A stretch of 64,000 nt of DNA from Raillietiella orientalis (GCA_036172245.1 JAYWIR010000020.1:2108001-2172000), one strand, 5' to 3'. Positions 33,400 through 46,544 are shown, counted from the first letter of the stretch. Translations and numbers: made by a program. The notes: generated by a model from the sequence alone, not told the origin.

Positions 33400-36300
33400 A
33401 AAGGAAGAGAGAAATAGCAGAGCGAGTCCCATTGACGACTCGCCGGATCCGTACGGGAGCCGCTGACTCGACCGTCCCTTCTGAAGGCCCCAGGAGGTCT
33501 CCCCTCAGAGCTGGCGTTGACTCTGCACGAATCCCCAAGCCTTCATTCAGCTCCCTTCCCGTTTGGAGAGAGTCTTGCGAGAGGGCAGCAACCTTTCGGT
33601 CCGCCAGGAGGAGGCTCCCATCAAGGTGTCAGGGATGCTGTTGAGCCCCCGTTCCCTTTTCGCGCATCACCTTCTCACTGGATGCGGCGCTGGTGGCCCT
33701 GGAGAGGGGGAGGAAGAAAGAGAGCGCGAGAGCATCCCTGTGCCGGAGGAGGGGAAGGGAGGGATTTTCTCACTTTCTCCTTCTCTCCATCCCCAGGTAA
33801 TCCTCTGCTGTTCCCTCCCCCGAGCGCCCCACCCGGGACTCACATCCGTCTCCTATCCTGACATTGCGGTATTCAATCGAGTCTTCCCCTTCTTTTCTTC
33901 CTTTTTTCCCTCTCTTTCCCCTTCCTTCTTTCCACTCCATCCCCTTCCTCCTTCCCTTTTTCCTCCTCTTCTTCCTTCCCTTTCCCTGCAGAGGCGCGCT
34001 TTCCGTTCTCCCGTGTGCGGGCTCCCGGGGCGGCGCTACCTTCCCGAGGAACGTCCGGATCGCCTCCCTCCCGCTTCCCCGGGAGCTTTCAGAAGCCGAT
34101 TTCAAGAGGCGGGGACGAGGAAGGAGATCCCGCTGTTTCCATGGGGGTCCCGGCAACCTCGATCGGGACTCCTGTCCGCATTCCAGGATCGCTCTGGAGC
34201 AAGGACAGCGGCTCAGCTTTTCGCCTCCCGGCAGGAAGTCTATACAGCGGATCTTCTTGCGAGGTGCTCCCCGGGAATACTCCCGTGAGAAGAAGGGAAG
34301 GGGAAGATCCGTTCCCGCGGTCCAGCGGCCTCCCGCCATCAGCAGCAGCAGCAGCAGCACCACCCGCCATCTCGGAAGCGCCTCCGCGACCGGGAGGCTG
34401 CTGATGCGAAGCCGAGAATTTCGAGGGCGCCGCTCGAGGGGGGCGTGAGACCTCCCTCCCCTCCGCTCGTCACCCCTTTTCGTGCGGCTATTGCTTCTCC
34501 CAAGTCGCCCCACAGCCGCCTCGGCTGCCGGCCGGCTGGCCGATAGCAGCGACGCTCCGCCGCGCTGCGTCGAGTCTCCTGCCCCTCTACATGCGCGGGC
34601 TTGGCGCGAGGCTCCGCTTCCGGTCCTGCTGGGGGGGGGGGGGGAGAGGCAAGAGAGGCTAAGCCCTGCCGCCTTCTGCCGACGATCGCTTTCCGGGAGG
34701 CGCACCTGGCAGCGGCTGGCGCGCGCATCCTCCGGCGGTTTTCCTCGCTGCGGGTCTGCGGAGAATCCGCAGCTTCGAGCTCGGCCGCGCTGCGCTCTCC
34801 TCTTCCATGCCTAGGGGCTCCCTTAGGGAGTGGCTACGGGGTGACCCTTTCTTCCCAGCGGATTCGCCTTCCGCCCCCGGGGCATCTTTCACCCATTTTT
34901 CCTTCCTTGCTTATCCCCTCGCCCCACCCTTTTCCCTTCCCCGGCACCTGCTGCCGTTGCTATGGTGACCCGTCTTTCGGAGCCCTCCTCGGGGAGGTCC
35001 AACAGGAAGGGAGCCTCCGGAAAGAGAAGGGAGAGCCGAGATTTCCGCCTTCTCTTCCCACTCTCGGCACGTCACCCAGAGCTCACCCGACCCCGGGCTA
35101 CAGGAGTGTCGGGAGAGACCCCGTTCTTCCTACGGGACGCCGGTCCCCAGCCACGAGACTGCATCTGGGAGCGCGGTCGGACCGTCGCTCGAACCTTCTC
35201 GCGGGTCCTCAAGAGGGAAGGAAACGGGAGGCGGTCGTCTCGGCAACTGAAGGACGCCCTTCCCTCGCCGTGGGGTCCCGCGAACTCGGGGGGAAGGGAG
35301 CAGGAACCTTCTCTACGTCCAGGATTCTCTGCGGAGAGGCTACGTCCCCTTCCGCGAGGCGCCCGGGGAGCGGGGGAGAAGGGGAGGCGCGCGCCCTCTG
35401 CTGAAGAGATCCCAGAATGCCGGACGGCGCTGTCGCCACCCTGCGGACGTCGCCGGCAGTGCCTACGAAGGGGAGCGTTTTCGACCCCTGGAGGAGGGAC
35501 CAGCCGGTGGGACGATCCAGCCCTCGCGGGTCTACGCTCGCTTCCGGGCCGCTCCCTCCCTCCTCCTTCTCCCTCGTGGGCGCGAGGGCGGCGCTAGGGA
35601 GCTCCAGAAAGGGGCCGCCGTTCCCGTGCGCCGCGCCGCGGGAGACGGACGTTCACCTCTGACTTCAGGGAGGACCCCTTGGGAGGTGAAGGAAAGGGGG
35701 GAGGGGAAGGGGAAGAGTCCACACACGAATTTCGCGCGCACCCCCGGACACGCACAGGAGCCTTTCGGGGCGCTTGCTCGTCCGCACCCCTTTCTCGCCC
35801 CTCTGCCGGCGCTCCCGGAACGCGCCCTCTCGAGTTCGCTCCCCGCATCCAAGAACTTCCGGGAAATGGCGAACCGGAGCGCGGCGGTTCCTACAGATGC
35901 ACGCCCCTCCCGTCGCCAAAAAAAAAGGTCGGCCGCAGGGGTCGGAGGGCGTCCACGGAACGCGGTCCTCATCCCGCTTGCTCCGAGGGCTGCTGGATGT
36001 GCAGGGACGGGACTGAAGGGTCCAGGACACGGGTTGACCGCCCGGGGATGTCCCTCGGACGAGATGAGTCTTGGAGGTGATGCAGCTACATCTCCAGGCT
36101 GCTTCTGCAGGCAAGGGGCCGAAACTTCCATACCCTAGCCCTTCCGGGATGCTCCAGGGGTTCCTCCTCCTCCGCAGACTCGTTCGAGGGCATTGCACGG
36201 TCTGGGTGGGGCGGTCTGCTCCTAGCTGGCCCGGGAGGGCGTATTCCCGCCCATCCCCCACCTCCCCTCTCGGTGACTTGCCCGCCCGCGTTTGTCCTCG

Positions 36301-38750
36301 GCGTGCGCCCCCCCTGCGATCCGTAAGCGAGTGCTCCCGGGGGAGCCGACCGAAGAGCGGCCGCCGCCCCTCTCCTGCTTGCGAAGCCACCATCGACCGA
36401 CCCCGAGGTCGGGACGAGACCGCTCCCTCCCCTCCGTCTGCACGGACGCTTCTACCCTTCCCTGACGACGGAGGCCTCTTCTTCCTCCTCCTTCTCCAGC
36501 CCGTTCCCTCCGGGCCGGGACGTTCCCCGCGTCCACCCCGTCTCGGGCCCCTGCTGCCGACCTGCCAGCCGGCGTGATTTACGGAGGCCATTAGAGAGCC
36601 GTTTCTGGGAGACCTGGCTCCGCGGCGGAGCGCGGGTCTCCCGCCGAACCGCCGACTCCGTCGCGTCGGAATGCCCGGATGACAAACGACCCATCCGCGG
36701 TCGGGTCTGGCCGGAACAATGCCTGCTGAGGTCATCCCCGGGGGCGCAAGGGGTCAGGAGAAGGGGCCGCCCTCTTTTCCTCCTCCTTCGCTTGCGGTGG
36801 CGGCCCTCTCTGCGCGGACGGGACAACCCTGGCAGGCAGGGAGAGAGAGCGCCTCCCTTCTTCCCCCCCTTTCCTCCTTCGGGGCGAGGACTCGAGCGCA
36901 AGGACGAGACGTGCGGCGCGCGTCCTTCCCCGTTGTCGAGCAAGAAGGGCGCGGGAGGTCGCCTGCCTCCAGTCCGCAGAAGGCTCGGCCGTCCTGTCGG
37001 CCTCGCCTTCTGCGGTGGCGGGAGTTGCTAACCCTCTCTCTGGTGGCGGCGCTCCGCGCGCGGGCGCGCGCCAACGCGACGGGATACACGCCTGCGTTGC
37101 GCGCCAGCAGGAGCATCAGGTGGCAGCGGCTCGGACAAGCTTGCGCGTCCTTCCCCGCGGCCTGCGACGGCGACCCCGGCGGCGGCCAAGGAGTGGCACG
37201 GCTGGCGCCCGTTGAGCTCAGCCGGGGTACACGCGCTGCGGGGTTGCCTACCTCGCCTCGCGGCGGCGGCGAGGTAGGCAACCCCGCTTCTCCCTGGGAA
37301 GAAGCGGGAAAGAAGACGCCTGGGAGATCGGCCCCACCCCCGTCGTGTCGGGGGAGGCTCTGGAAGGCGAGCGAAGCCGCTGAAGGCGCGAAGCCTGCCG
37401 GCGCTGAGGACGGCCGAGCGCCACAGAGACCGAGGGCAGCAGGGGGAGCGTAAGGAGGGGAGGGAGGCCCCATAGCGAGCATCCCCGGCGCATTAGACGG
37501 GCGCGTTATCACCAGGTGATAAATCACGGAGGAGAAGATCCGGCCGGCCGGTTGTCAAGGAGACGGCGAACCGGGGGTGAATCGGGAAGATGAGCGGCTC
37601 TACAAACACCCGCGCGCCGCCAATTAGCCGCACGGGGAGGAGGCGCAGGAGCAAAGGAGCCGCGCGCTGGCCCCACGGGAGAGGAATGTCTCGATTTCAT
37701 GAAGCGGCCACCCAGGTTCCTGAGAGAACCCGCGCGGGCAGATCGAGGGGGAGGGGGGAAGAGGAGGAGGAGGAGGAAGGCGTCCGCCGCTCTCCTTTAC
37801 GTGGCGCCGCGGTAGCAGAGGGCGGGTGCTGCTTCCCGGCAGTTTCGTCTTCCGGGATGGGGAAGTGGACGGACAGCGTCCCTTCTCCCTCCCCTCGTCC
37901 GCTTTCCTCCTCCAACCGCTGCAGGATGCCCCCCGTGACGTCAGCAGCGTTAGAAAGGGAACAAGAAAGAGGAAAACCCTTCTTCCCGGCGGTGGGAGGG
38001 CCACTTGCGGCGATCCGCAGGAGCGCCTCGGCAAGGGGCATGCGGATCTTTGAAGAGCTCCTTCACTGTTGTTCTCTCAATCTTTGGCAAGTCGGAGAGA
38101 GGTCCCGCAAGTGATTCCATGGGGCCGGTTCGCAAACCACTCCCTCTTTCTCCGCCTTGGAACGAGCATTCCTGTCTCCTCGAACAGGAAACACTTCTTG
38201 GATTCTGATACGCGTGCATCCACCAGTCCTATACTCACTGATCAGGGGGAGTTCCGAACGCTAGGAGTTTTGTGTTGCTTGGGGATGGACGTGGACATTT
38301 CTGCCGATCTTCCTCCCCTTTTGCCTGCATGATGGCTTGCGCTGTGCATGGAGGCGGTGGCCTGCGATTCCGTTTCAGGCTGCAGAAGATCTCCCAGAGA
38401 GAAGATCCCCATTCCACCTTCTGCGTGAGTCGACCGGAGAGACATCCGCCTCCAAAGAAAGCGAGGAAGGAGGAAAGACGTCGCAGTCCTCGCGCGCACG
38501 CGCTTCACAACCTTCGTCTTCCCTTCTCCATCGATGTTGGAGATCCACGCCTATCAGCACAACAGCCCCGCCCCTCCGAGAGCGGTGGCCGACGGAACCG
38601 AACGAGTAGAGCTCTTGCGCAGGGCACACCGGACGATGCGTCCGGCGAAGGTCGGGGGCACGGTTGCCTTATCCGCGGAAACCTCTGTTTCTCTCGTCTG
38701 GAGGTGGGGAAGTGGCACGAGACGTTCGAAATGGCCGTCGCGGTTGGTTG
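33400..38750 (+). mobile_element. Near full-length but heavily decayed Ty3/Gypsy pol relic
   Basis: Ordered remnants: RTGAADSTV (protease, 33450), SPWGP..SLR (35265), RTPG..EPFGAL..PF (35740), PYP..LQGFLLL..SPLGDL..SPACEA..LLPFPD..LFFL (36130-36490, RT connection/RNase H), PILTDQGEF (38228) and RESTG (38425). No LTRs recognised. Confidence 0.65.
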
Positions 38751-40031
38751 CCCCGGACTCCCTACGAATTTCCGAGCGGAAAGTTTCCCATGAGTGGGTG
38801 CAAGTGAGAGAGATGAGAGGGAGGGAGATCTGCTCGCTCATAAACAGAAGGCGGAACTGTAGACGTGACTTCACGGCCTTGCACTGCTCTTCCGCAAGGG
38901 AGAGAGAGGGGGGGGGGAGGGGAAGTCAAACTCGGGAACGAATATCAGAAAGGGAAGGAGGCGGGGAACAACTTCTATTGGATTCAGCTAATGGTAGCCT
39001 GCGCATCTCCTGAGAAAGGAATTCGCTCAAAGAAATTCTACGTCTAGAACGAAAAGCAGTACACACGCACACAAATATATATATATGTTTTTTTTTTTTT
39101 TTATTTAATTTCGATTTCGTGGCAACACTGAGTCTGCGCAAAAACGTGAGGAAGCTACGCGTGCAGCGGCATTGTTGCTTGCACGTGCTTTCCGGTAAGT
39201 GATAGGGCTCGTGTTTCGAATTCCGATTTTCCCGTTAAAACGCCATAAATTGTGTTTTCGGAAAAGCGATAAAAAATGACCGGTGCGGGACGGGGAAAGG
39301 GAGAGGTGTTCTCGCTGCTGTCTGCGGTAGCGAGTCGAGGACCCTCACTCACGAGCCTGCAGCGAGATAAATCCGGAATACCGCCGCCTACTTTTCCTCT
39401 CGGTGGGACAGCGTGCGGGGTGCGCCAAACGTCACGAGCAACGTGCGTATCCACTTCTGGCCGGATGTCTGCAGACTCCTGCATTTCGAAAAGCAAGAAA
39501 TCCCAGCGACTCCTCCTCAGCATCCCCCCCTGTCCAGCATAGGTCCTGCCTACGCTTCCCCGGTTCCTCTCCCTCAGGGGCGAGACGGCGGCAGCCAACG
39601 ACTCCCTACACCACATGTAATACAAGCTGTGCTTGTAAGTTTACGTTAATCAACGTCCCGGCGCAACCGGGTGCCAAGCAACTCCTCCGCTGGAGTGAGG
39701 CGGTGGAAGAGCGCGCCTCTCCCCCCCGGTTGGGTGGTAGCGCACCTCTCCGGCACACCGGGAAAAGACAGGGGCAGCAGGCGTGCCCTTTTGCTTTTTT
39801 TTTGTTTGTTTGTGGGTGACGGTGCAACGGGACTCCATGGGCGCACGCATGGGAATGCCAGGAAGGCAGCAGCTCTGCCCCGCTCTGGTGGTTCTTCTCA
39901 TTCCAGCATTTCGCAGCAGAAATTGAAAAAAAAAAAAAAAATTACAACTTTTCAACAGAGATGATTCGCAGCTGGTGCCCGGTTTTCTAATGGGATGAAA
40001 ATAATTCATGCGCAAAATCTCTAATGGATTA

Positions 40032-40037
40032 TTTATT
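40032..40037 (-). terminator. Candidate polyadenylation signal of Msx
   Basis: Minus-strand AATAAA (plus TTTATT) about 175 nt downstream of the Msx stop codon. Confidence 0.45.
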
Positions 40038-40210
40038 GTGAGCATTAATCATGACAACGCGGGTTCTGCATGCGTGGCTTCGTTTCATATCTGTGAAGAA
40101 TGCATCATCTGCTGTGAGCACAATTGGACCATCTTCCTTACAGTAATATCACAGATACTTGGGAGGAAAAAGTTTTTTTTTCTTTTTTTTTTTTCTCCCC
40201 CGCTTTTTCT

Positions 40211-40683
40211 TTATCCAGGCTGCTTTTCCATGTTTTTCAGCGGCCCCCGGGTCATCGCGGGTGGCGGCAGCGCGTCGCCGGCTCGCAAAGCAAACGGTAT
40301 CGGAAATTTGCTCAGGCCTTCTGGTACGAAGAGGCTGGGATGGGACATCATCGTAGAGCAGAATATCGACTGGGAAGGGAAGAACCCTAACGAATGCGGG
40401 ATGAGCGACGTGGACGCGATTCTCATCTTCTCCACTTCGGCTTCCTGCAACCTCTTAGCCTTTGCCCTCCGGTTCTGGAACCAGATCTTCACTTGCGTCT
40501 CGGTGAGGTTGAGGGTCGCCGAAAACTCTGCCCTTTCCGCTATGCTGAGGTACTGCTTCTGCCGGAACTTCTTTTCCAGTGCCAGAAGCTGCTGGGTGGA
40601 GAAAGGCGTGCGGGGTTTCCTGTCCGGCTTGTGCTTCCTCAAGGTGCACTTGAGCTGTCCGAACTTCAGCGTTTCGTCGATTC
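40211..40683 (-). CDS. Msx: Msx/Drop homeobox transcription factor, coding exon 2 (homeodomain 40624-40445)
   Basis: Translates to [75 protein letters not shown], the diagnostic Msx homeodomain and flanks. TTTCAG acceptor at 40689-40684, phase 1; stop ends at 40211. Intron 40684-41423 (740 bp); spliced CDS 1017 nt. Confidence 0.97.
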
Positions 40684-41423
40684 CTGAAATCAACATCTTT
40701 CATAGAATTTTCTTTTTTTTTTCTCTCTTTGGCTCTCGCGTGAAACAACAACAACAAAACAGGAAAACGGAGCGGCTTGAAATGTTCGATAAGGTGCGTA
40801 CGCGCGGGCACACACGCGAGCGCGCGCGCCCGCGCCAGAAAAAAAAAAAAATAAATAAAAAAAAAAAAACCTCAACGTTAAGCGAGTGGAATGCGAAGAA
40901 TAGGCGCTTCGTCTTCGAGCCGTTGAGGATTTCCGCATTCTCCATTTCTGCCTGTTTTTCCTCCGCCTATCTCTCGCCCGGCATCAGGAAGGCGAGTTTT
41001 TTTTCCGACGTGGGGCCCCACGCAGGCGATCAGGGGTGGGTGGTCCGGTGGTGCGAGGAAAAGGAAGGGATGCCGAGGCACCTGGCTTCCAGGTCGAACC
41101 GTTCCTCGCTTGACCGGCAGTGCTCCAGACTGCCGGTTCAGGAAGGCTCCGCGGGTGCGCGCTTCATCCCGTGCGATGCTCACTGGCCAGCCACCCCCCG
41201 TGAACGGGGAGCACCAAACAGCGGTCCGGACGGTGGAGGGAGGGTAACCCCGATCGAGGGGGACCAGGAGGGAATTCATTCCCAGGCGACGAACCGCGTG
41301 GCGAATGCCCGGAGCACATCGCCTTCCCGTCCCCCACCCCTTCGGCCTTCGGGAAGGATGGGGAGTTCGCCCCTCTCGTTAGTGCTGGTGCTCCACGATG
41401 CTGCTGCGCCCATTCGAACTTAC

Positions 41424-41967
41424 TCAGTTGCGTTCCAGAGCTCCAGTAGGAGTTTGCGATGAAATTCATCCCGGGCAAGCTCGGCCTCAGGGCGGAAGAG
41501 GGGATCATCCACGGGTGAAAAATCCCGGAACTTTCTTTGGGCACCGCGCCGCCCCGTTCTCCCGAAACGTGGCATCTCGACTTGTACCGCAGGGGTTCCT
41601 CCTTGAAGTCGTCGGAAGACGCCTCCTCCGAAGTGGCCGGGGACACGACCGGGCTTCGATCGTCCGTCAACAGCGCGCCCGCCTTCCCGCTCGGAGTCGA
41701 CAGGAGCGACTCGACACTGAAACTGAGTATCTTCTTTGGCACTTCGAACGAGGTGACCAGTAGCTGCTCCCTATCCATGGGAGGAACATGGTCCACGGTA
41801 ACTGTCATGGGGGAAAAATGCGGCGGCGTCGGACCGAGCACCAGGTACTGATGCTGTAAGTAGCGCTGCAACAAAACTGAGAGTGCGCTCCCAGCGCGGG
41901 CTGCACATGAAGGGGAGGAGGGAGGGCTGACGGTGGGCGGCGCATCGATCCCCTCGACCAGTTGCAT
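41424..41967 (-). CDS. Msx: Msx/Drop (msh) homeobox transcription factor, coding exon 1
   Basis: Open frame from ATG 41967 (alternative ATG 41808). Contains an eh1 motif FSVESLL (41701-41721) and an HPWM hexapeptide (41506-41517). Ends at a perfect GTAAGT donor (41423-41418), phase 1, matching the exon 2 acceptor phase. The start codon is uncertain. Confidence 0.85.
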
Positions 41968-43020
41968 GCGACCATGCAAATTCTCTATTGATCACTGGCC
42001 TTTTGTTTTCGGAATTAGCAGGATTCTGGATGGTCTGGCCGGGACGACGTTTTCCGCCAGGATCCTCGGGATGCTTTTCGGGAGGATGCCTGTTTTTTCC
42101 TTCTTTTTTTTTTCTTCTCCTTCTTCTTCTTCTTCTTCCTTTCCTTGTACTCGCGCACGCACGCGTGCACGCACGCGTTTTTGTATTCCTCGGATGCCTT
42201 TCGTGAGAATGGATCTCGAGGCACGTTTCGAAAGCCGACGTGACGCCATTCGAGTTTCCTCCCTCCCCCGCGCGCACGCCGCCGAGGTGCTCCAGCGCCG
42301 TCTTCCCGCTTTTGTTACTTCTTCTTCTTTTCCTCCTCCTCCTCCTCCTTCGTTTCCATCTCGCCTCGATAATTTGTCGTTGTTCCAAACAACGAGATGC
42401 CCGGATAGGGGGGAGGGGGAGGAGGAAGGGGGAAAGAGTCGCTTCGCGGCGCACGTCATCTTGCCCGCGCGCGCCAGGCCGGTTTTTCGGACGTGCCTTC
42501 CGCAGCCGGCGCATGACCATCCTTCGGTGACGGCCCACGAGTTCGGGCGCGGGCCGAGCGCCGCTGGAGAGGCGACGACGCGGAATCCAGGCACGCACAC
42601 AATGCGTGCAACATAGTAGGAAGTGCACGCACGCACACACGTTCGAAAAAAAAAAAAAAGGCGCGCAAAAAAAAAAAAAAAAGGAAAAACAAAGCTGCGA
42701 AATTGATTGATAACGCGGGTGATGCAGCCATGGCGCAACACTTTGTTTTTTCCTTCTTCCTTCACTTCCCCCCCTCTCCCTCCCCCATCTCCGCTTCTTC
42801 CGAGGAGAAGGAAGAACCCGTCGTTTTCTATGTGTGCACGGTGGGTGAGAAGAAGAAGCGCACGAGCACAGCAAAACGCGCTCTCCCACCCCTCGGCACG
42901 GGGAAACGCGCGCACCCGTCACGTGCGCCATCGTGTGGCACGGCACCGCAACATCGGGTGCGCGATCCTTTCGGCACGGCGAGCCGCCGACGCCTGCGAG
43001 CGCAACGAGACGCGGCCTCG

Positions 43021-43275
43021 GTCACCGTGGCAACGCGGCGGCAACAATCGCCCGTGGCAACGCGGGCCGCGCATTGTTGGACGCATTGTTGGACGCCGGG
43101 CGGAGGGGGAGACCTCCGTGTCTTCGATTCGGAATCGAATTTCTGTGCGAACCACGGGGGTGTTAATGGGACTTCCTGAACATACGCACGCTGCAAACCC
43201 GTAGTGGTTATTGCTGTTTTTTTTTTTTTATCCCCCCCCCTCTCTCTCTCTCTCGGGGACTTTGCCATGGCGATT
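43021..43275. promoter_or_regulatory. RFX X-box-like and SOX-like motif cluster about 1.1 kb upstream of the Msx ATG
   Basis: GTCACCGTGGCAAC (43021-43034), ATCGCCCGTGGCAAC (43047-43061), TTTGCCATGGCGAT (43261-43274); tandem GCATTGTTGGAC x2 (43071-43094). Confidence 0.4.
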
Positions 43276-45699
43276 CCGTCTCCGAGGGATCATTAGCACA
43301 GTGATTCAAATTAAAAAGGCCAATTTGGGTGCACGAACCCGCCAAGGTCGCGCTGCTCATCACGACCGGAAGCGGTTGGAACGCAAGCAAAACCTTCGAA
43401 ACCCAATTTGGGCCCGGCTACTGTTTGTTTTTTAAGTAATTGAACCCCGGGAAGGGATCGAAGATAGGTGACCCCCCGATTTCCGAGAGGTTTGTTTGTG
43501 TTCTTTCGCCTCGGTTTGGCAGGAAAAAACGGCGCACGCGCGCTAGCGATTCGCCGAAGAGTGCGCCAGCGATGAGTGCCAAAAAGGAGAGCGAGCCAAT
43601 TATCCTGGATACAAGCAGATCAGATTACTTGCTGTCTTTCTAATCAGGAAAACAACCAAGAGAAGCTTACACAACACATCGATTACTTCGACGCAAGGTT
43701 CGGCAGCTCTGGCTGGCTGGGTATCGCAGAAGAGATTAGTTGCATGCATGCAACAAATTGCGGTGATTGGAAACCAGAGTGTTTTTTTTTTTTCTTTTTG
43801 CGTGTGTGTGTGTGTTTTTTTTTTTCGAGGGGTGAGGGGGTGAGGACGCGCGCGCACGCACAAAAAGTCGTTGCGTCACGACTGTGGTAATCAAGGTCCA
43901 CTTCAAATTTCTCTACGAATTTGTCAACACTACAGATGATTGCAAGACAGTGGATGGCTTTTGTTGTTTTTTTTTTTCTTCTTTTGGCAACAACGTTTAT
44001 TTTCGTTGGTTGTTTCTCTCTCAATTTCCTCCCCAATTCCCACATCGAAATCACCTGGATGTGAGTTCCGAGTTTGTGAGGCGGTGGACGCGCGCGATAC
44101 CAGGAAGAGCATCGCGGCGCGAATCCTGGAGGAACGCTTCCCTTCTCTCGAAGATGCTCCCCTGTTCGAATCCAGGCACCCGTGAGAGCTTCGGCTGGAA
44201 CTCGACTTCAGGGAGCACCCCCACCCGCGATCCTGCTGAAGCCCGCGTTGCTAGGCGCTGCATCAGGACGACGAGAACCCTTACAGGAAACCCGAGATGT
44301 TCCGCGCGCGTGCACGCGCGCCTCCCTCAGTACGCGCGTCGCGGACGCCATGCGCGCCGCGTCGCGTACGCGCGCAACTAGGGGGGTGTTCGGGGAGAGC
44401 ACCGACCAACCTCTCTGCTTCTGAGGAAGGGGAATGCCGTGTAAGGTGAGATGCCGGATGACGCGAAGTTGCTGGAGCGAAGAAGCCCCGGAATTTCCGA
44501 GATGTGCCGAAGAACACGACGCCTCTCAATTTCGAGAGCGACCGCTGATTTCGGAAAACACCTCTGGCCTGTTTCAAAATTTCGTTTGTGTGGGCATTTT
44601 GGCTTTCACACATTTCGAGACCGCTCTTTTCGACTCGGGTCATGAATCTTGTGGAAACGAATATTTTATTCTTTCTACCTAGAAGCGTGCCGGTCCGTAA
44701 GCGTCAAAATAAAGCAATTATCGATTACGTCATTCTGCTGTTTTATTTTCGCGGAAACGGCAACTTCGTATTTTATATGTATAATCACTGAGTGGCCGTC
44801 ACTGAAAACACGATCTTCTCATCAGTCGTGGTCTTTATTTGTTAATGATTTTTGCCTTCCATCTCAATCCAGGTATTTAAAGTCCATTCACCAGTTCCCT
44901 CCTCCATGGACCGCTCGAAGAGATTAATTTAGCATGCGATGCGTGAAGAATTTGCATTTCGAAACTTGCAGTTACGGTGGGTGTCCATCGCGACTGCACG
45001 GCGTGAGTGTCCTGCGGTGCACGGGAATGGGAAAAGAGTCAAGAAAACGACAAGCCAAGGAAGAGGTCAAAGGGGAGGCGTTCAAAAAATCCTCGAGATC
45101 AACTTTCCACAAAACACCTTCCGGAAAGATGGAAACTGAAACTGAGAATTTCCTTCCTTTTTTTTTCCAGTGGACTGTTCGGCTTGCGGCGCTCGGACGC
45201 GGCGAAACTTCGCAGATGTTCACGCAGGTCGCGTTCCCGAGGTTCCGGCGTCCTGGTCGTCATAGGGACTTTCAGGAGCATAAGGACGAAATGAACTCGA
45301 GCGGATCCGCACGGAGGATGTGCTTCCGTGGTGGCTGGAAGGGAAGCGTCCCACGAAGTGAATCGAGTGGCATCTCTCTCTTTTTTTTAAAAAACAAAAA
45401 AACACACACGCTGGTCGTGTGTCTTTGGCAGTTTGAAGGAATTTCGGGAACTCCTTGGACGGCAGCACGGATTCCTCCCCATCCGCTTCAGCTTTCACGC
45501 TCCCCAAGGGAAGAATTTTCCGCTTTCCTGCGTTCAGCCATCAGGCAAACCATGTACCTTAATCTAGAATGATGAAATGGTGAATTTCCCATTAATCCCA
45601 ACACCCTGTGTCGGAAACTGGGAGGACGACCTCCTCTGTTCGTTCTGGTTCGAGGTAATGACACTGAATCGGGAAAAAGGATGAAAGAACCGCGCTGAT

Positions 45700-46020
45700 C
45701 GGGCAATGCTGTCACCGCTTTTGTGAGATCGCAGGGCACTTTGAGTTTGTGAAGCCTCAGCCCAGAGTGGTCCGAGCTCTTGATGTCAAGTGCTTATCAA
45801 ACGCTCCAGTTATTTGATTGGTTGATGCTTCCAGGGATGGCCGAGGGAAACACCGGTATCTGTGTGAAGGTACAGATGCCCCATATTCCCTCGCCTTGAA
45901 AGATCTGCCCTGGAAGGAATGGGTGGAGATGATAGGCTCACGATTTACTGATGTTCTTGCGTCCGCGTATCGAAGTGCTTCTCGCTACCATTTTGCTTCC
46001 TGTTGATTTCATCTCACTGA
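45700..46020 (-). mobile_element. Small non-LTR RT fragment (Jockey/CR1/L2-type motif)
   Basis: HSFQGRSFKAREYGAS../TDTGVSLG resembles SFL..R.F.V...G..S....GVPQGS. Confidence 0.3.
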
Positions 46021-46544
46021 AACTTCCACTAAGGACGGGAAAGGCAGATTTTAGCATGCTTCCTGAGGAGAAAAAAAAAAAAAAAAAAAAATGGAAGCCA
46101 TACACTCGGCAGGTGCATTTACTGCAGCGAAGAACACTTGATGTATAAATGGCGATCACTTGCAAGGGACTTACACGTTATACCGGAAGATTTCTGCACC
46201 ATCATCCCACCGTGGAGACACATGGTAGGATCGCATCCGAGAATACACGCAATTTGTAATCTTATCTGCTGATGCGAGGTCACTTTACCACGGCACAAGC
46301 TCGCAAGAACAATAAAGGCAGACACAATGTTCAGCAAAGCAATTTCATGTAATGTTGAAAAAAAAAAAAAAAAAAGGAAGGAAGGGGGGGGGGGAGGGAA
46401 AAAAAACTCTATAAATGGAAATAAGAATGAATGCCAGAGAAAAGATGGCCAGCGGGAGTTGCCAAATCAGGCAACCCGGGGTAGGAAAATCAAGATGTTT
46501 CTTCCGAGAGTCATTTTTCCGGAAACGACACGCAAAAGCGCAAC

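Noticed and set aside
40008..41462. 484-aa plus-strand ORF
   Set aside because: It is antisense to Msx exon 2 and the intron, runs through poly-A/T tracts, and has no recognisable domain.
41771..42946. 391-aa and 307-aa minus-strand ORFs as an N-terminal extension of Msx
   Set aside because: They are made of microsatellite and homopolymer translations, and an in-frame stop lies upstream of 41979 in the Msx frame.
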